Source of the DNA: the human T2T-CHM13v2.0 reference genome, Homo sapiens
Length of the DNA: 64,000 nt
Reading direction: 5' to 3'
Assembly: GCA_009914755.4 (NCBI GenBank)
Contig: CP068257.2
Location: 36,576,001 to 36,640,000 of the forward strand
Position 1 is the first letter of the stretch. Each line of letters opens with the position of its first letter. Made by a program: the position numbers and the translations under genes. Shown here in pieces: positions 1 to 12,519 of the stretch. Below the pieces are notes generated by a model. That model saw only the letters and a list, made by a program, of their open reading frames with translations. It had not been told where the DNA came from and did no database searches.

Positions 1-339
1 TATCTAATAGGAGGGGTTTAATTATTTTGTGTTGTTTTTCTTACTAGCCATATCTCCTTAAAAGTATAGAGAGTTGAAATTAGACATCATTTTTCTTTTT
101 ATCAGGCTAACTGAAGTCCAACTTTGAAGTTTTGCAATGCTTGTATTTTAAAGTGTATTGGCATGGCCCTGTTAGTTTCCTGTGGCTAGTTTACTAAGGA
201 GCTAATAAAGAAACATAGAGATTATGCTTCCATAATTATAACTTAATATGGATTTTAATAAAAATGGATTCCTTTATCATTCTCTGAATTTTATTTTGTG
301 CATTTAAAATATTATACTGAGGAGTCGTATCAGTTTGCT

Positions 340-700
340 TGGGCTGCTGTAACAAATACCACAGATGGGGTGGCATAACCAACAGAAATTTATTTTCTCA
401 CAGTGGAGACTAGAAGTCTGAGATAAAGGTATTGGCAGGGTTGGTTTCTCCTGAGGCCTCTCTCCTTGGCTTGTGAGTGACTGTCTTTTTGATATGTTCT
501 CACATGGTCATCCCTCTGTGTGTGTCTGTGTCCTAATCTACTCTTCCTATAAGGACAGCGGTCATATTGGATTAGGGCCTATCCATATGAACTCAATTTA
601 CCTTAATTTCTTCTTTCAAGGCTTTGTCTGCAAACATAGTCACATTCTAAGGTACTGGGGCTTAGGACGTAACCCCTTTTCTTTCTTTTTTAAAATTATT
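340..700 (+). repeat. Ancient MaLR-type LTR fragment (MLT1-like)
   Basis: Starts with 'gctgctgtaacaaataccacagatgggg...cagaaatttattttctcacag...agaagtctgag', has an internal '...tataaggacagcggtcatattggattagggcc' motif and ends '...cattctaaggtactggggcttaggac'. Related copies lie at 18425-18830 and 23870-24260. The family name is recalled from memory. Confidence 0.4.
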
Positions 701-1028
701 TTTATTTTTATTTATTTATTTATTTATTTAGAGATGGAGTCCCACTATGTCACCTAGGCTGGAGGGCAGTGGTGCAGTCTCTGCTCACTGCAACCTCCGC
801 CTCCAAGGTTCAAGTGATTCTCCAGCCTCAGCCTCCTGAGTAGATGGGACTACAGGTATGCACCACTGCATCCGGCTAATTTTTTTATTTTGAGGAGGGG
901 GTATTTTTAGTAGAGACAGGGTTTCACCATGTTGGCCAGGCTGGTCTCAAACTCCTGACCTCAGGAGATCCGTCCGCCTCAGCCTCCCAAAGTGCTAGGA
1001 TTACAGGCGTGAGCCACCACGCGCAGCC
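679..1028 (-). mobile_element. Alu SINE in reverse orientation, with a degenerate A-rich tail (appearing as T-rich) at 679-730
   Basis: Reads as the reverse complement of the Alu consensus: 'gagatggagtc..caggctggag..gcagtggtgc...cctcagcctcc...gggattacaggcgtgagccaccacgcgcagcc'. The (tttattt)n run at 679-730 is the degenerate poly-A tail. Confidence 0.9.
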
Positions 1029-1959
1029 TTTTTTTTTTTTTTTTTAACTTTCATTTTAGGTTCAGGGGTACATGTGCAGATATGTTATATAGGTAAACTG
1101 TGTGTCACAGGGGTTTGGTGTACACATAATGTTGTCACCTGGGTAATAAGCATAGTACCCAATAGGTTATCTTTCCTGATCCTCTTCCTCCTCCCACCCT
1201 CCACCCACAAGTCAGCCCCAGTGTGTGTTGCTCCTCTCCTAGTATCCATGTGTTCTCCTTGTTTAGTTCCCCCTTATAAGTAAGACTAGGCAGCATTTGG
1301 TTTTCTATTTCTGCATTAGTTCACTTAGAATTATGGCCTCTAGCTCCATCCATGTTGCTGCAAAGGACATGATCTCCTTCTTAGTTATGGCTGTGTAGTA
1401 TTCCATGGTGTATATGTACCACATTTTCTGTATCCAGTCTATCACTGATGTGCATTTAAGTTGATTCCATGTCTCTGCTCTTGTGAATAGTGCTGCAATG
1501 AACATACACATGCATGTGTCTTTATGGTAGAGTAATTTACATTCCTTTGGGCATATACCCAGCAATGAGATTGCTGGGTCGAATGGTAATTCTGTTTTAA
1601 GTTCTTTCAGGAATCGCTACACTGCTTTCCACAGTGGCTGAACTAATTTACACTCCCACCAGCAGTGTATAAGTGGTTCCTTTTTTTTTTTTTTTTTTGC
1701 AACCTCGCCAGAATCTGTTATTTTTTGACATTTTAATAATAGCCATTCTGACTGGTGTGAGATGGCATCTAATTTTGATTTGCATTCTCTAATGATTAGT
1801 GATATTGAACTTTTTGTCATATGCTTGTTGGCCACATATGTGTCTTCTTTTGAAAAATATCTGTTCATGTCCTTTGCCCACTTTTTAATGTGGTTTTTTT
1901 TTTCTTGTAAATTTGTTTAAGTTTCTTATAGCTTCTGGATGTTAGACTTTTGTTGGATG
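1029..1959 (-). mobile_element. L1 (LINE-1) 3' portion, minus strand; poly-A appears as T17 at 1029-1045
   Basis: Reverse complement of the L1 3' UTR and ORF2 C-terminus, for example '...ccagcaatgagattgctgggtcgaatggtaattctg...'. The minus-strand ORFs at 1305-1565 and 1617-1868 translate to L1 ORF2 C-terminal peptides. Confidence 0.85.
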
Positions 1960-2363
1960 TGTGTCCCTGCCCAAATTTCATATTGAAATCTAATCCCCAG
2001 TGTTGGAGGTGGGACCTGGTGGGAGGTAATCAGATCATCAGAATGAATTTCTCATGAATGGTTTAGTATCATCTTGTTGGTACTGTTCTCACAATAGTGA
2101 GTGAGTTCTCATGAGATCTGGTCATTTAAAAGTGTATGGCACCTCCCACTCATGCTCCTGCTTTTGCCATATGATATGCCTACTCACCCTTCAGCTTCCA
2201 CCATAATTGTAAGTTTCCTGAGGACTATCCAAAAGCCAAGCAGATGTCAGCTTCATGCTTCCTGGACAGCCTGCATAAACATGAGCTAATTAAACCTCTT
2301 TTCTCTGTAAATTATCAAGTCTCAGGTATTTCTTTATAGCAATGTGAGAACAGACTAATACAG
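1960..2363 (+). mobile_element. THE1/MST-like MaLR solo LTR nested inside the L1
   Basis: Matches the MaLR LTR consensus: 'tgtgtccctgcccaaatttcatattgaaatctaatcccc..gtgttggaggtgggacctggtgggaggtaatcagatcat...ttctcatgagatctgg...catgagctaattaaacctcttttctctgtaaattatcaagtctcaggtatttctttatagcaatgtgagaacagactaatacag'. L1 sequence resumes immediately after it. A 5-6 bp duplication of L1 target sequence (tggatg / cagatg) flanks the insert. Confidence 0.7.
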
Positions 2364-3250
2364 ATGCATAGTTTGCAAATATTTTCTCCCATTCTATGGG
2401 TCATCTTTTTTACTCTGTTGATAGTTTATTTTGCTAAGAAGCTCTAGTTTAATTAGAATCCATTTATCAATTTTTGTTTTTGATGTTACCGCTTTTGGGT
2501 TTTTTTGTTGAAATATTTGCCTGGTCCTATGTCTAGAATGGTATTTCTTAGGTTATGTTCCAGAGTTTTTAATAGTTCTAGGTTTTACATTTAAGTATTT
2601 AATCTATCTTGAGTTAATTTTTGTATATGGTATAAAGAAGGGGTCCAGGTTCAATCTTCTGCATATGGCTAGCCAGTTATTCCAGCACCATTTATTCATG
2701 GGGAATTTTTTCCCCATTGTTTGTTCTTGGCAAATTTGTCAAAGATCAGATGGTATGTGGCTTTATTTCTGGGCTCTCTTTTGTGTTCCATTGGTCGATG
2801 TGTCTGTTTTTGTACCACTACCATGCTGTTTTGGTTACTATAGCCCAGTAGTATAGTTTGAAGTTGGGTAATGAGATATCTCCAGCTTTATTCTTTTTGC
2901 TCAGTGTTGCCTTGGCTATTTGGGCTCTTTTTTTGGTTTTGTATGAATTTTAAAACAGTTTTTTTCTAATTCTGTGAAGAATGTCATTTGTAGTTTGATA
3001 GGAATAGCCTTGAATCTGTAAATTGCTTTGGGCAGTATGGCCATTTTAATGATATTGAGTCTTCCTATCCATGAGCATGGAATGTTTTTCCATTTGTTTG
3101 TGTTATCTTTGATTTTTTGAGCAGTGTTTTGTAATTCTCATAGAGATCCTTCACCTCCCTAGTTAGCTGTATTCCTAGATATTTTATTCTTTTTGTGGCA
3201 ATTATGAAAGGGATTGCATTCCTGGTTTGGCTTTCAGCTTGGATTCAGCC
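2364..3250 (-). mobile_element. Continuation of the same L1 (mid-ORF2), truncated at about 3250
   Basis: Collinear with the L1 consensus in reverse: '...gcaaatattttctcccattctatggg...ctagccagttattccagcaccatttattcatgggg...ccatgagcatggaatgtttttccatttg...'. Confidence 0.8.
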
Positions 3251-4559
3251 CCTTTTCTACATGAATATTGGAGGGGACACAATTAAGCTCCTCATAGTCT
3301 TTCGCTTTGTCCCTTCTTTGCTGTGTTGGGATGTAACCCAGCAAAGAGTCAACAGGGGAAGGCCACCTTCCATCTGTGTCCTGTCTTTCATGCGTAGGCT
3401 CCTCTCTGTGCTCTCCCCTCCCTCCCAGGTCACATGTACCCTGACAAAAGCCTTCCCATAGCCTTAGTCATCCTATGTTTGATGGGTACCCATAGGAGAA
3501 TGGTAGGCGGCAAGACCCTGAAGCCCTGATTTGGGAAATGACCTGCAGTCTTCAGTGCAGCACAGTTTTAGGAGTGGGCACCAGCTGTCAGTGCACATTC
3601 CTTCTGTTCCCTGAGCAGTTCCTTACCTCTGTCTTTGGTGTGAGGCTTCAGACTCTGTTGGATAAGCAGATGCCCATTAGGGGCAGTGCTTTGAATAGTT
3701 CATTTCAGGATGTTCAAATTGTCAGGGACATTTTATTACACACACACACAAACAACTGTAAGAGGTGGTATTTTTAAGCACTTCTTAAATGCCAGACACC
3801 ATTCTCTAATTTTACATGTTTTACTCAGTTAATCTTCACAACACTATGAGGTACACAAATGAATGTGAATGAATGCAATGAAACACGCACTTTCAGTCAA
3901 ATAAACCCGAGTGCTGGCCATTCTCCAGATTCATTCTTTGCCTGCTCTATGCCCAGGAGACTGACTCTGGCCTGCACTGCCCAGGCCCCCTTGCAGGAGA
4001 CTGCCCATACAACAGCAGCCAATGGGAGGACGAGAGCAGAAAGTAGAGGCAGTTTCCCCTTTTCCCGTGACAGAGCCTCACTGGGCCCAGACAATAGCAC
4101 TTCCTCTCTCCTTCCTTGAAACCTGGGGGTGGGAACAACTTCCCCCTATTGCTGTCATCTGGGAGCCTCCCCTTCCCTTGTCTGGGCCCTTATCCCTGCC
4201 CACAGCTCAGGAAACTTCTGTCATCAAAGGCTCTTCCTCTGCACAATTTGGGATGAACTGTTTCTTAGTGTATTCTTATCCCATACATTGAGCAACTCTC
4301 CTTTTATGTGTATATAATTTAGGAAACTTTTGTGTAAGTACAAAATGTGTGTGTACATATTTTTCTTTTCTCCCTTTTATTTATTTAAACAATGTTAAAA
4401 CAATCTGTCCCTCTTAATTTTACATTTTCCTCAGGTGCTGAAATAACAACTAAAAGTTGCTTGTATCTGCATTGTGGTTTCTGTGTGTTTGCCATCAGGG
4501 GAAAACTTCTTTGAATAAAATTTACATAAATTTAAACAACAAACACTATCTTAAACATC

Positions 4560-4574
4560 ATAACAAAGGTTTTA
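4560..4574. repeat. L1 target-site duplication, copy 1 (ataacaaaggtttta)
   Basis: The identical 15-mer occurs at 11927-11941, immediately beyond the L1 5' end. Confidence 0.8.
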
Positions 4575-7500
4575 TTTTTTTTAATTTTTAATTTAAATTG
4601 AATTTAATTATTTATATAATTTATAAATTTTATATATATTTATTAATATATTTATATATTTTTATTTCCATAGGTTATTTCCATAGGTTTTTTTTTATTT
4701 CCATAGATTATTGGGCAACAGATGGTATTTGGTTACATGAGTAAGTTCTTTAGTGGTAATTTGTGAGATTTTGGTGCGCCCATTGCCCGAGCACCCAATT
4801 TGTGGTCTTTTATCCCTCACCCCTTCCCACCCTTTCCCCCCAATTCCCCAAAGTCCATTGTGTCATTCTTACGCCTTCACATCCTCACAACTTAGCTCCC
4901 ACTTATGAGTGAAACATACGATGTTTGGTTTTCCATTCCTGAGCTCCTTCACTTAGAATAATAGTCTCCAATCTCATCCAGGTCATTGTGAATACCATTA
5001 ATTATTATACACAAACACACACACACATATACATATATCACAGTTTCTTTATTCACCCATTGATTTATGAGCATTTGGGTTGGGGTTCCACATTTTTGCA
5101 ATTGCGAATTGTGCTGCTATACACATGCATGTGCAAGTATCTTTTTCATATAATAACTTATTTTCCTGCGGGTAGATACCCAGTGTGGGATTGCTGGATC
5201 GAATGATAGTTCTACTCTTAGTTCTTTAAGAAATCTCCACACTGTTTTCTATAGTAGTTGTACTAGTTTACATTCCCACCAGCAATGTAGAAGTGTTCCC
5301 TGTTCACCACATCCATGCCAACATCTATTATTTTTTGATATTTTGATTATGGTCATTCTTGCAGGAGTAAGGTGGTATAACATTGTGGTTTTGATTTGCA
5401 TTGCCCTGACCATTAGTAATGTTGAGAATTTTTCCATATGTTTGTTGGCCATTTGTACATCTTCTTTTGAGAATTGTCTATTCATGTCCTTAGCCCACTT
5501 TTTGATGAGATTGTGTTTTTTTCTTGATAATTTGTTTGAGTTCATGGTACATTTTAGATATTAGTCCTTTGTCATATGTATAGATTATGAAGATTTTTCT
5601 CCCACTCTGTGGGTTGTCTGTTTACTCTACTGTCTGTTCCTTTTGTGTACAAAAGCTCTTTAGTTTAATTAAGTCCCAGCTGTTTATCTTTGTTTTTATT
5701 GCATTTGCTTTTGGGTTCTCGATCATGAAATCCTTGCCTAAGCCAATGTCTAGATGGGGTTTTCCAATACCATCTTCCAGAATTTTTATAGTTTCAGGTC
5801 TTAGATTTAAGTCCTTGATCCATCTTGAGCTGATTTTTGTATAAGATGAGAGATGAGGATCCAGTTTGATCCAGTTTCATTATCCTACATGCAGCTAGCC
5901 AGTTATCCCAGCACCATTTGTTAAATAAAGTGTCTTTTCCCCGCTTTATGTTTTTGTTTCCTTTGTTGAAGATTAGTTGGCTGTAAGTATTTGGGTTTAT
6001 TTCTGGTTTCTCTATTCTGTTCCATTGCTCTATGTGCCTATTTTTATACCAGTATCATGCTGTTTTGGTGACTATGACCTTACACTATGTTTTGAAATCA
6101 GGTAATGTGATGCCTCCAGATTTATTCTTTTTGCTTAGTCTTGCTTTGGCTATGTGGGCTCTTTTTTGGTTCCATATTAATTTTAGGGTTTTTTTTTGTA
6201 ATTCTTTGAAGAATGATGGTGGTATTTTGATGGGAATTGTGTTAAATTTGTAGATTGCTTTTGGCAGTATGGTCATTTTTCCAATATTGATTCTACTCAT
6301 CCATGAGCATTAGATGTGTTTCCATTTGTTTATGTCATCTATGATTTTTTTCAGCAGTATTTTGTAGTTTCCCTTGTAGAAGTCTTTTACCTCCTTGGGT
6401 AGGTATATTCCTAAGTATTTTACTTTTTTGCAGCTATTGTAAAAGGGGTTGAGTTCTTGATTTTATTCTCATCTTGGTTACTGTTGGTGTATAGAAGACC
6501 TACTGATTTCTGTACATTAATTTTGTATCTGGAAACTTTGCTGAATGCTTTTGTCAGTTCTAGGAGCATTCTGGAGGAGTCTTTAGAGTTTTCTAGGTAA
6601 ACAATCATATCATAAGCAAACAGCAACAGTTTGACTTCCTCCTTCCTCTTTACCCATTTGGATGCCCTTTATTTCTTTCTCTTGTCTAATTGCTCTGTCT
6701 AGAACTTCCAGTACTATGTTGAAGAGGAGTGAGAGTGAGCATCCTTGTCTTGTTCCAGTTCTCAGAGGGAATGCTTTCAACTTTTTCCCTTTCAGTATTA
6801 TGTTAATTGTGGGTTTGTCAGAGATGGCTTTTATTACATTGAGGTATGTCCCTTGTATGCCAATTTTTCTGAGAGTTTTAATCATAAAAAGATGTTGGAT
6901 TTTGTCTAATGCTTTTTCTGCATGTATTAAGATAATCATGTGATTTTTGTTTTTGATTCTGTTTATGTGATGTTCACATTTATTGACTTGCATATGTTAA
7001 ACCATCCCTACATGCCTGGTATACAACCCACTTGATCATGGTGGATTTTTTTTTTTTTTTTGATATGTTGTTGGATTCGGTTCACTAGTATTTTGCTAAG
7101 GATTTTAGCATCTATGTTCATCAGGAATATTGGTCTGTAGTTTTCTTTTTTGGTTATGTCCTTTCCTGGTTTTGGTAATAGGGTGATATCAGCTTCATAG
7201 AATAATTTAGGGAGGGTTTCCTCTTTCTCTATATTGTGGAATAGTGTCAATAAGATTGGTACCAATTCTTTGAATGTCTGGTAGAATTCTGCTATGAATC
7301 CATCAGTCCTGGACTTTTTGTTTTTGGTAATTTTTAAATTACCATTTCAATTTCACTGCTTGTTATTGGTCTCTTCAAGGTATCTAATTATTCCTGATTT
7401 AAGCTAGGAAGGTTGTATCTTTCCAGGAATTTATCCATCTCCTCTAAGTTTTCTAGTTTATGTGTATAAAGGTGTTCATAGTAGCCTTGAATGATCTTTT

Positions 7501-9044
7501 GTATTTCTGTGGTGTCAGCTGTAATATCTCCCATTTCATTTCTAATTGGGTTTATTTGGATTTTCTCTCTTCTTTTCTTGGTTGATCTTGCTAATGGTCT
7601 ATCAATTTTATTTTATCTTTTCAAAAAACCAGCTTTTTGTTTCATTTATCTTTTCTATTTTGTGTTTGTTTGTTTGTTTCAATTCTATTTAGTTCTGCTC
7701 TGGTCTTGGTTATTTCCTTTCCTCTGCTGGGTTTGGGTTTGATTTGTTCTTATTTCCCTAGTTCCTTGAGATGTGACCAGATTGTTTGTTTGTGCTCTTT
7801 CAGACTTTTTGATGCAGGCATTTGGGGCTATGAACTTTCCTCTTAGCACTGCCTTTGCTGTATCCCAGAGGCTTTAGTAGGTTGTGTCACTATTGTCATT
7901 CAGTTAGAAGACTTTTTAAATTTCCACCTTGATTTCATTTTTGACCCAATGGTCACTCAGGAGCAGATTATTTAATTTCCATGTATTTGCATGGTTTTGA
8001 AGGTTCCTTTTGGAGTTGATTTCCAGTTTTATTCCACTGTGGTCTGAGAGAGTGATTGATATAATTTCAATTATCTTATATTTATTAAGGCCCATTTTGT
8101 GGCCTATCATATGGTCCATCTTGGAGAAGATTCCATGCGCTGTTAAATATAATATATATCCTGCAGTTGTTGGGTAGAATATTCTGTAAATAATCATTGT
8201 TTATTTGCTGACCTTCTGTCTTGGTGACCTGTCTAGTGCTGTCAGTGGAATATTGAAGTCCCCTACTATTATTGTGTTGCTGTCTATATCATTTCTTAGG
8301 TCTATTAGTAATTGTTTTATAAATTTGGGAGCTCCAGTGTTAGGTGCATATATATTTAGAACTGTGATATTTTTCTGTTGGACAAGGTCTTTTACCATTA
8401 TATAATATCCCTCTTTGTCTTTTTTAACTGCTGTTGCTTTAAAGTTTGTTTTGTCTGACATAAGAATAGCTACTCCTGCTTGCCTTTGGTGCCCATTTGC
8501 ATGGAATGTCTTTTTCCACCCCTTTAACTTAAGTTTATGTGAGTCCTATGTGTTAGGTGTATCTCTTGAAGGCAGCAGATGGTTGGTGAATTCTTATCCA
8601 TTCTGCAATTCTGTATCTTATAAGTGGAGCATTTAGGCCATTTACATTTAACGTTAGTATTGAGATGTGTGGTACCATTCCATTCATCAGGTTGTTTGTT
8701 GCATGCATAACTTGGTTTTCTGTGTATGTGTTTTTTTTAATTGTATTTTTGTTTCATAGGTCCTTTGAGATTTACGCTTTAAGAAAGTTCTGTTTTGATG
8801 TGTTTCCAAGATTTGTTTCAAGATTTAGAGCTCCTTTGAACAGTTCTTGTAGTGCTAGCTTGATAGTGGCAAATTCTCTCAGCATTTGTTTGTCTGAAAA
8901 AGACTGTATCTTTCCTTCATTTATGAAGCTTAGTTTCACTAGATACAAAATTCCTGGCTGATAATTGTTTTGTTTGAGGAGGCTGAAGATAGGGCCCCAA
9001 TCCCTTCTAGCTTGTAGGGTTTCTGCTGAGAAATCTGCTGTTAA

Positions 9045-9440
9045 TGTGATCGTTAATACAGAGTGACAACTTGATTGGGTTGAAGGATGCAAAGTTTTGA
9101 TCCTGGGTGTGTCTGTGAGGGTGTTGCCAAAGGAGATTAACATTTGAGTTAGTGGGCTGGGAAAGGTAGACCCACCCTTAATCTGGATGAGTACCATCTA
9201 ATCAGCTGCCAGTGCAGCTAGAATATAAAGCAGACAGAAAAACATAAAAAGCCTCCACTGGCTTAGCCTCCCAGCCTCCATCTTTCTCCTGTGCTGGATG
9301 CTTCCTGCCCTGGAACATCAGACTCCAAGTTCTTCAGCTTTGGGACTAGGACTGGCTTCCTTGCTCCTCAGCTTATAGATGGCTATTGTGGAACCTTGTG
9401 ATTGTGTGAGTTAATGTTACTGAATAAATTCCCATACTCA
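9045..9440 (+). repeat. Unclassified interspersed repeat nested in L1 ORF1
   Basis: It interrupts the L1 ORF1 coding sequence; the ORF1 peptide resumes at 9749-9991. The sequence 'gggtgtgtctgtgagggtgttgccaaaggagattaacatttgagttagtgggctgg...ctaatcagctgccagtgcagctag...cccatactcatat' resembles a known MER/LTR-type consensus whose name I cannot recall with confidence. Confidence 0.4.
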
Positions 9441-9513
9441 TATATATCTATATATCTATATCTATATCTATCTGTCTATCATCTATCTATCTAGCTAGCT
9501 AGCTAGCTATCTG

Positions 9514-9558
<45 letters not shown>

Positions 9559-9745
9559 GTAGCTAGCTAGCTAGCTAGCTGTCTATCTATCTATCTATGT
9601 AGCTAGCTAGCTAGCTAGCTGTCTATCTATCTAGCTAGCTAGCTAGCTAGCTAGCTAGCTATCTAGCTATCTATCTAGCTATCTATCTAGCTATCTAGCT
9701 ATCTATCTATCTATCTAGCTATCTAGCTATCTATCTATCTATCTC
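9441..9745. repeat. Compound tetranucleotide microsatellite: (TCTA)n interleaved with (AGCT/TAGC)n
   Basis: Direct reading shows long runs of 'tatctatctatc' alternating with 'tagctagctagc'. The AGCT unit is self-complementary. Confidence 0.95.
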
Positions 9746-11926
9746 CTATTAGTTCTGTCCCTCTAGAGAACCCTGACTAATGCAATAGGTTACCTGGTAT
9801 TTGTGCCTCACAGCTCTTAAGATTCTTTCCTTCATCTTAACTTTAGATAACATGTTGACAATGTGACTAGGTGATGATCTTTTTGTGATTAATTTCTTAG
9901 GTGTTCTTTCAGCTTCTTGTATTTGGATGTCTAGGTCTCTAGCAAGGCCAGGGAAGTTTTTCTTGATTATTCCCCCAAATATATTTTCCAAACTTTTAGA
10001 TTTATATTCTTCCTCAGGAATGCCAATTATTCTTAGATTTGGTTGTTTTACATAATCCTAGACTTCTTGGAGGCGTCATTCATATTTTCTTATTCTTTTT
10101 TCTTTGTCTTTGTTGGATTGGGTAAATTTGAAAACTTTGTGTTCAAGCTCTGAAGTTCTTTCTTCTGCTTGATTCTATTGCTGAGACTTTCCAGAGCATT
10201 TTGCATTTCTATAAGTGTGTCCATTGTTTCCTGAAATTTTGATTGTTTTTTATTTATGCTATCTATTTCATTGAATATTTCTCCCTTCTCGTATCTTTTT
10301 TTTTTCCTTGCATTGGATTTTTCTTTTGTCTGGTGCCTCCCTGATTAGCTTAATAACTAACTAATCTTTTGGATTCTTTTTCAGGTAAATCAGGGATTTC
10401 TTCTTGGTTTGGATGCATTGCTGGTGAGCTAGTGTGATTTTTTGGGGTTGTTAAAAAACCTTGTTCTGTCATATTACCAGAGATGGCTTTCTCTGGTTCC
10501 TTCTCATTTGGGTAGGCTCTGTCAGAGGGAAGGTCTGGGGCTCAAGGCTGTTGTTCAGGTTCTTTTGTCCCACGGGGTGTTTCCTTGATGTAATACTCTC
10601 CCTATTTTCCTAGGGATGTGGCTTCCTGAGGGCCAAGCTGTAGTGATTGTTATCTCTCTTCTGGATCTAGCCACCCAGCAAGTCTACCAGGCTCCGGATT
10701 GGTACTGGGGATTGTCTGCACAGAATCCTGTGATGTGAACAATCTGTGGGTCTCTCAGTCATGGATACTAGCACCTGCTCCACAGTGGAGGTAGCAGAGG
10801 GGTGAAATGGACTCTGTGAAGGTTCTTAGCTGTGATTAATCCACTATTTTGGTGCTGGTTGGCCTCCTGCTGGGAGGTGACACTTTTCAGAGATCATCAG
10901 CTGTGGTAGTATGGAGAGGAACAGGCAGTGGGCAGGGCCCTAGAACTCCCAGGAGTATATGCCTTTTGTCTTCAGTTACCAGCATGGGTAGGGAAGAACC
11001 ATTAGGTGGGGGCAGGGCTAGGCATGTCTGAGCTCAGACTCTCCTTGGGCAAGGCTTGCTGTGGCTGCTGTGGGGTATGGGGGAGTGGTTCCCAGGTCAA
11101 TGGAGTTATGTTCCTGGGAGGATTATGGCTGCCTCTTCTGTGTCACGCAGGTTTTTAGGAAAGTGGGGGAAAGCCAACAGTCACAGGCCTCACCCAGCTC
11201 CCATGCACCCCAAAGGGCCAGTCTCACTCCCACCATGCCTCCCCGCAACAGCACTGAGTCTGTTTCCAGGCAGCGGGCGAGCAGGGCTGAGAACTTGCCC
11301 CAGGCTACCCACCTCCCAGCTGCAAAAGCAAGTGGGGCTTTCGTTCTTCCCCCACCGGTGGAGTCTGCACACTGGTTTCATGCCCTCCCCTGAATCTGGC
11401 CAGGAGACTTCTCATTCCGTTGGAATTGTTACAAAGTTCAGCTGGAGGTTTCCTTCTCCCTGTGGTCTTTTGCCAGTGCCTCTGGCAGCCCTCCTCAAGG
11501 ACCCCTGTGAGGCAAGGCAGAAATGGCTTGCTAGGGGATCTAGTGAGTCCACAGAGCTTTTCCTGCTGCTTCCTCTACCCCTGTATTTCGCTTGGCTGCC
11601 TAAATTGACTCACCTACAGGTAAGGTCAGAATCTTCTCCCATAATCTAGACCTTCAGGCTCCCCAGTGGGGGTCTGTGTTTGGGGGTGGACGATCTCCCT
11701 TTTTCACTTCCACAGTTTGGGCACTCACAGTATTTGGGGTGTCTCCTGGGTCCTGCAGGAGCAATTTGTTTTCTTCAGAGGTTCTGTGGGTTCTCTTGGC
11801 TTTCCTAATGTATTCCTGCGGTCATTGTGGAGCAAAAGTTCACAATTCAAGCCTCCACAGGCTGCTCTGTCCATCCGAGTGGGAGCTGCAATCTAGTCCT
11901 GTCTCCCGTCCACCATGATCTCCCCG

Positions 11927-11941
11927 ATAACAAAGGTTTTA
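11927..11941. repeat. L1 target-site duplication, copy 2 (ataacaaaggtttta)
   Basis: Matches 4560-4574. The paralogous block at about 16519-16545 shows the uninterrupted (empty-site) sequence. Confidence 0.8.
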
Positions 11942-12519
11942 AAAATGATAAAACAGAAAACAAATTATTGCAAAATGTCAGCTCCTGTAAATAAATCTAT
12001 GAATCGAGGGCTAAATTCATAAAACAAATTTTAAAAGTTTGAGTGGTGGTTTTGTTGAAGATTTTTTATTGTTGTATAAAACCAGTCGAAATTTCTTCAG
12101 GTAAATATTAAGTTACTTATGCAAATTTCTAATAACAGTTCATAGCATACAGAAAATGGCCTTTATTGCTTCAGATATCTCTGTGTTAAACTTCAATTAT
12201 GGCTTCAGTAATAGTGAATCTTTCCTTTAAATTAAAACACAATATTTATACTATATAATTCTAGGGGGGGTCCAAAGACATGGAAATAAAATAGTCATAA
12301 GAATTGAATGAAATAAAATTTTCCTTGAAAAACAGAAACAGAAATTATAATGCTATATCTATTTGAATAAGAGCAGCTAAATAACAGTAGCTAAACTAAA
12401 AAGAGATAAATCAAGATAACTTTAAAGAGATAGCCCAGGCTGCTGTGTCTCACTGTGACTGTGGGTGTTGAGGGCCCTGCTGCTGGGAGAGCTGAGTGAA
12501 ACCTGCTGGCCCTGAATCC

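Larger units (their letters stand above)
4575..11926 (-). mobile_element. Near full-length L1 (older L1PA/L1PB-like), minus strand. Carries a nested ~700-bp insertion at 9045-9745 and has broken ORFs
   Basis: The 3' end plus AT-rich tail lies at 4575-4700 ('...gggcaacagatggtatttggttacatgagtaag...'). ORF2 endonuclease and RT peptides appear in minus-strand ORFs 5249-5545, 6085-6300, 6420-6993, 7008-7265 and 7916-8461. The ORF1 C-terminus is at 8772-9040 and the ORF1 N-terminal part at 9749-9991. A 5' UTR-like sequence runs to about 11926. Identical 15-bp target-site duplications flank the element. Confidence 0.85.

Noticed and set aside
9441-9745. Regularly spaced short repeats superficially reminiscent of a CRISPR array
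   Set aside because: It is a eukaryotic tetranucleotide microsatellite with a 4-bp unit and no spacers. The whole window is primate DNA, so CRISPR and other prokaryotic system types do not apply.
11056-11649. 197-aa plus-strand ORF with overlapping 110-aa ORF
   Set aside because: It lies within the 5' UTR-like region of the minus-strand L1, read antisense. It is proline/serine-rich with no recognisable domain and is overlapped by alternative-frame ORFs. It is most likely spurious.
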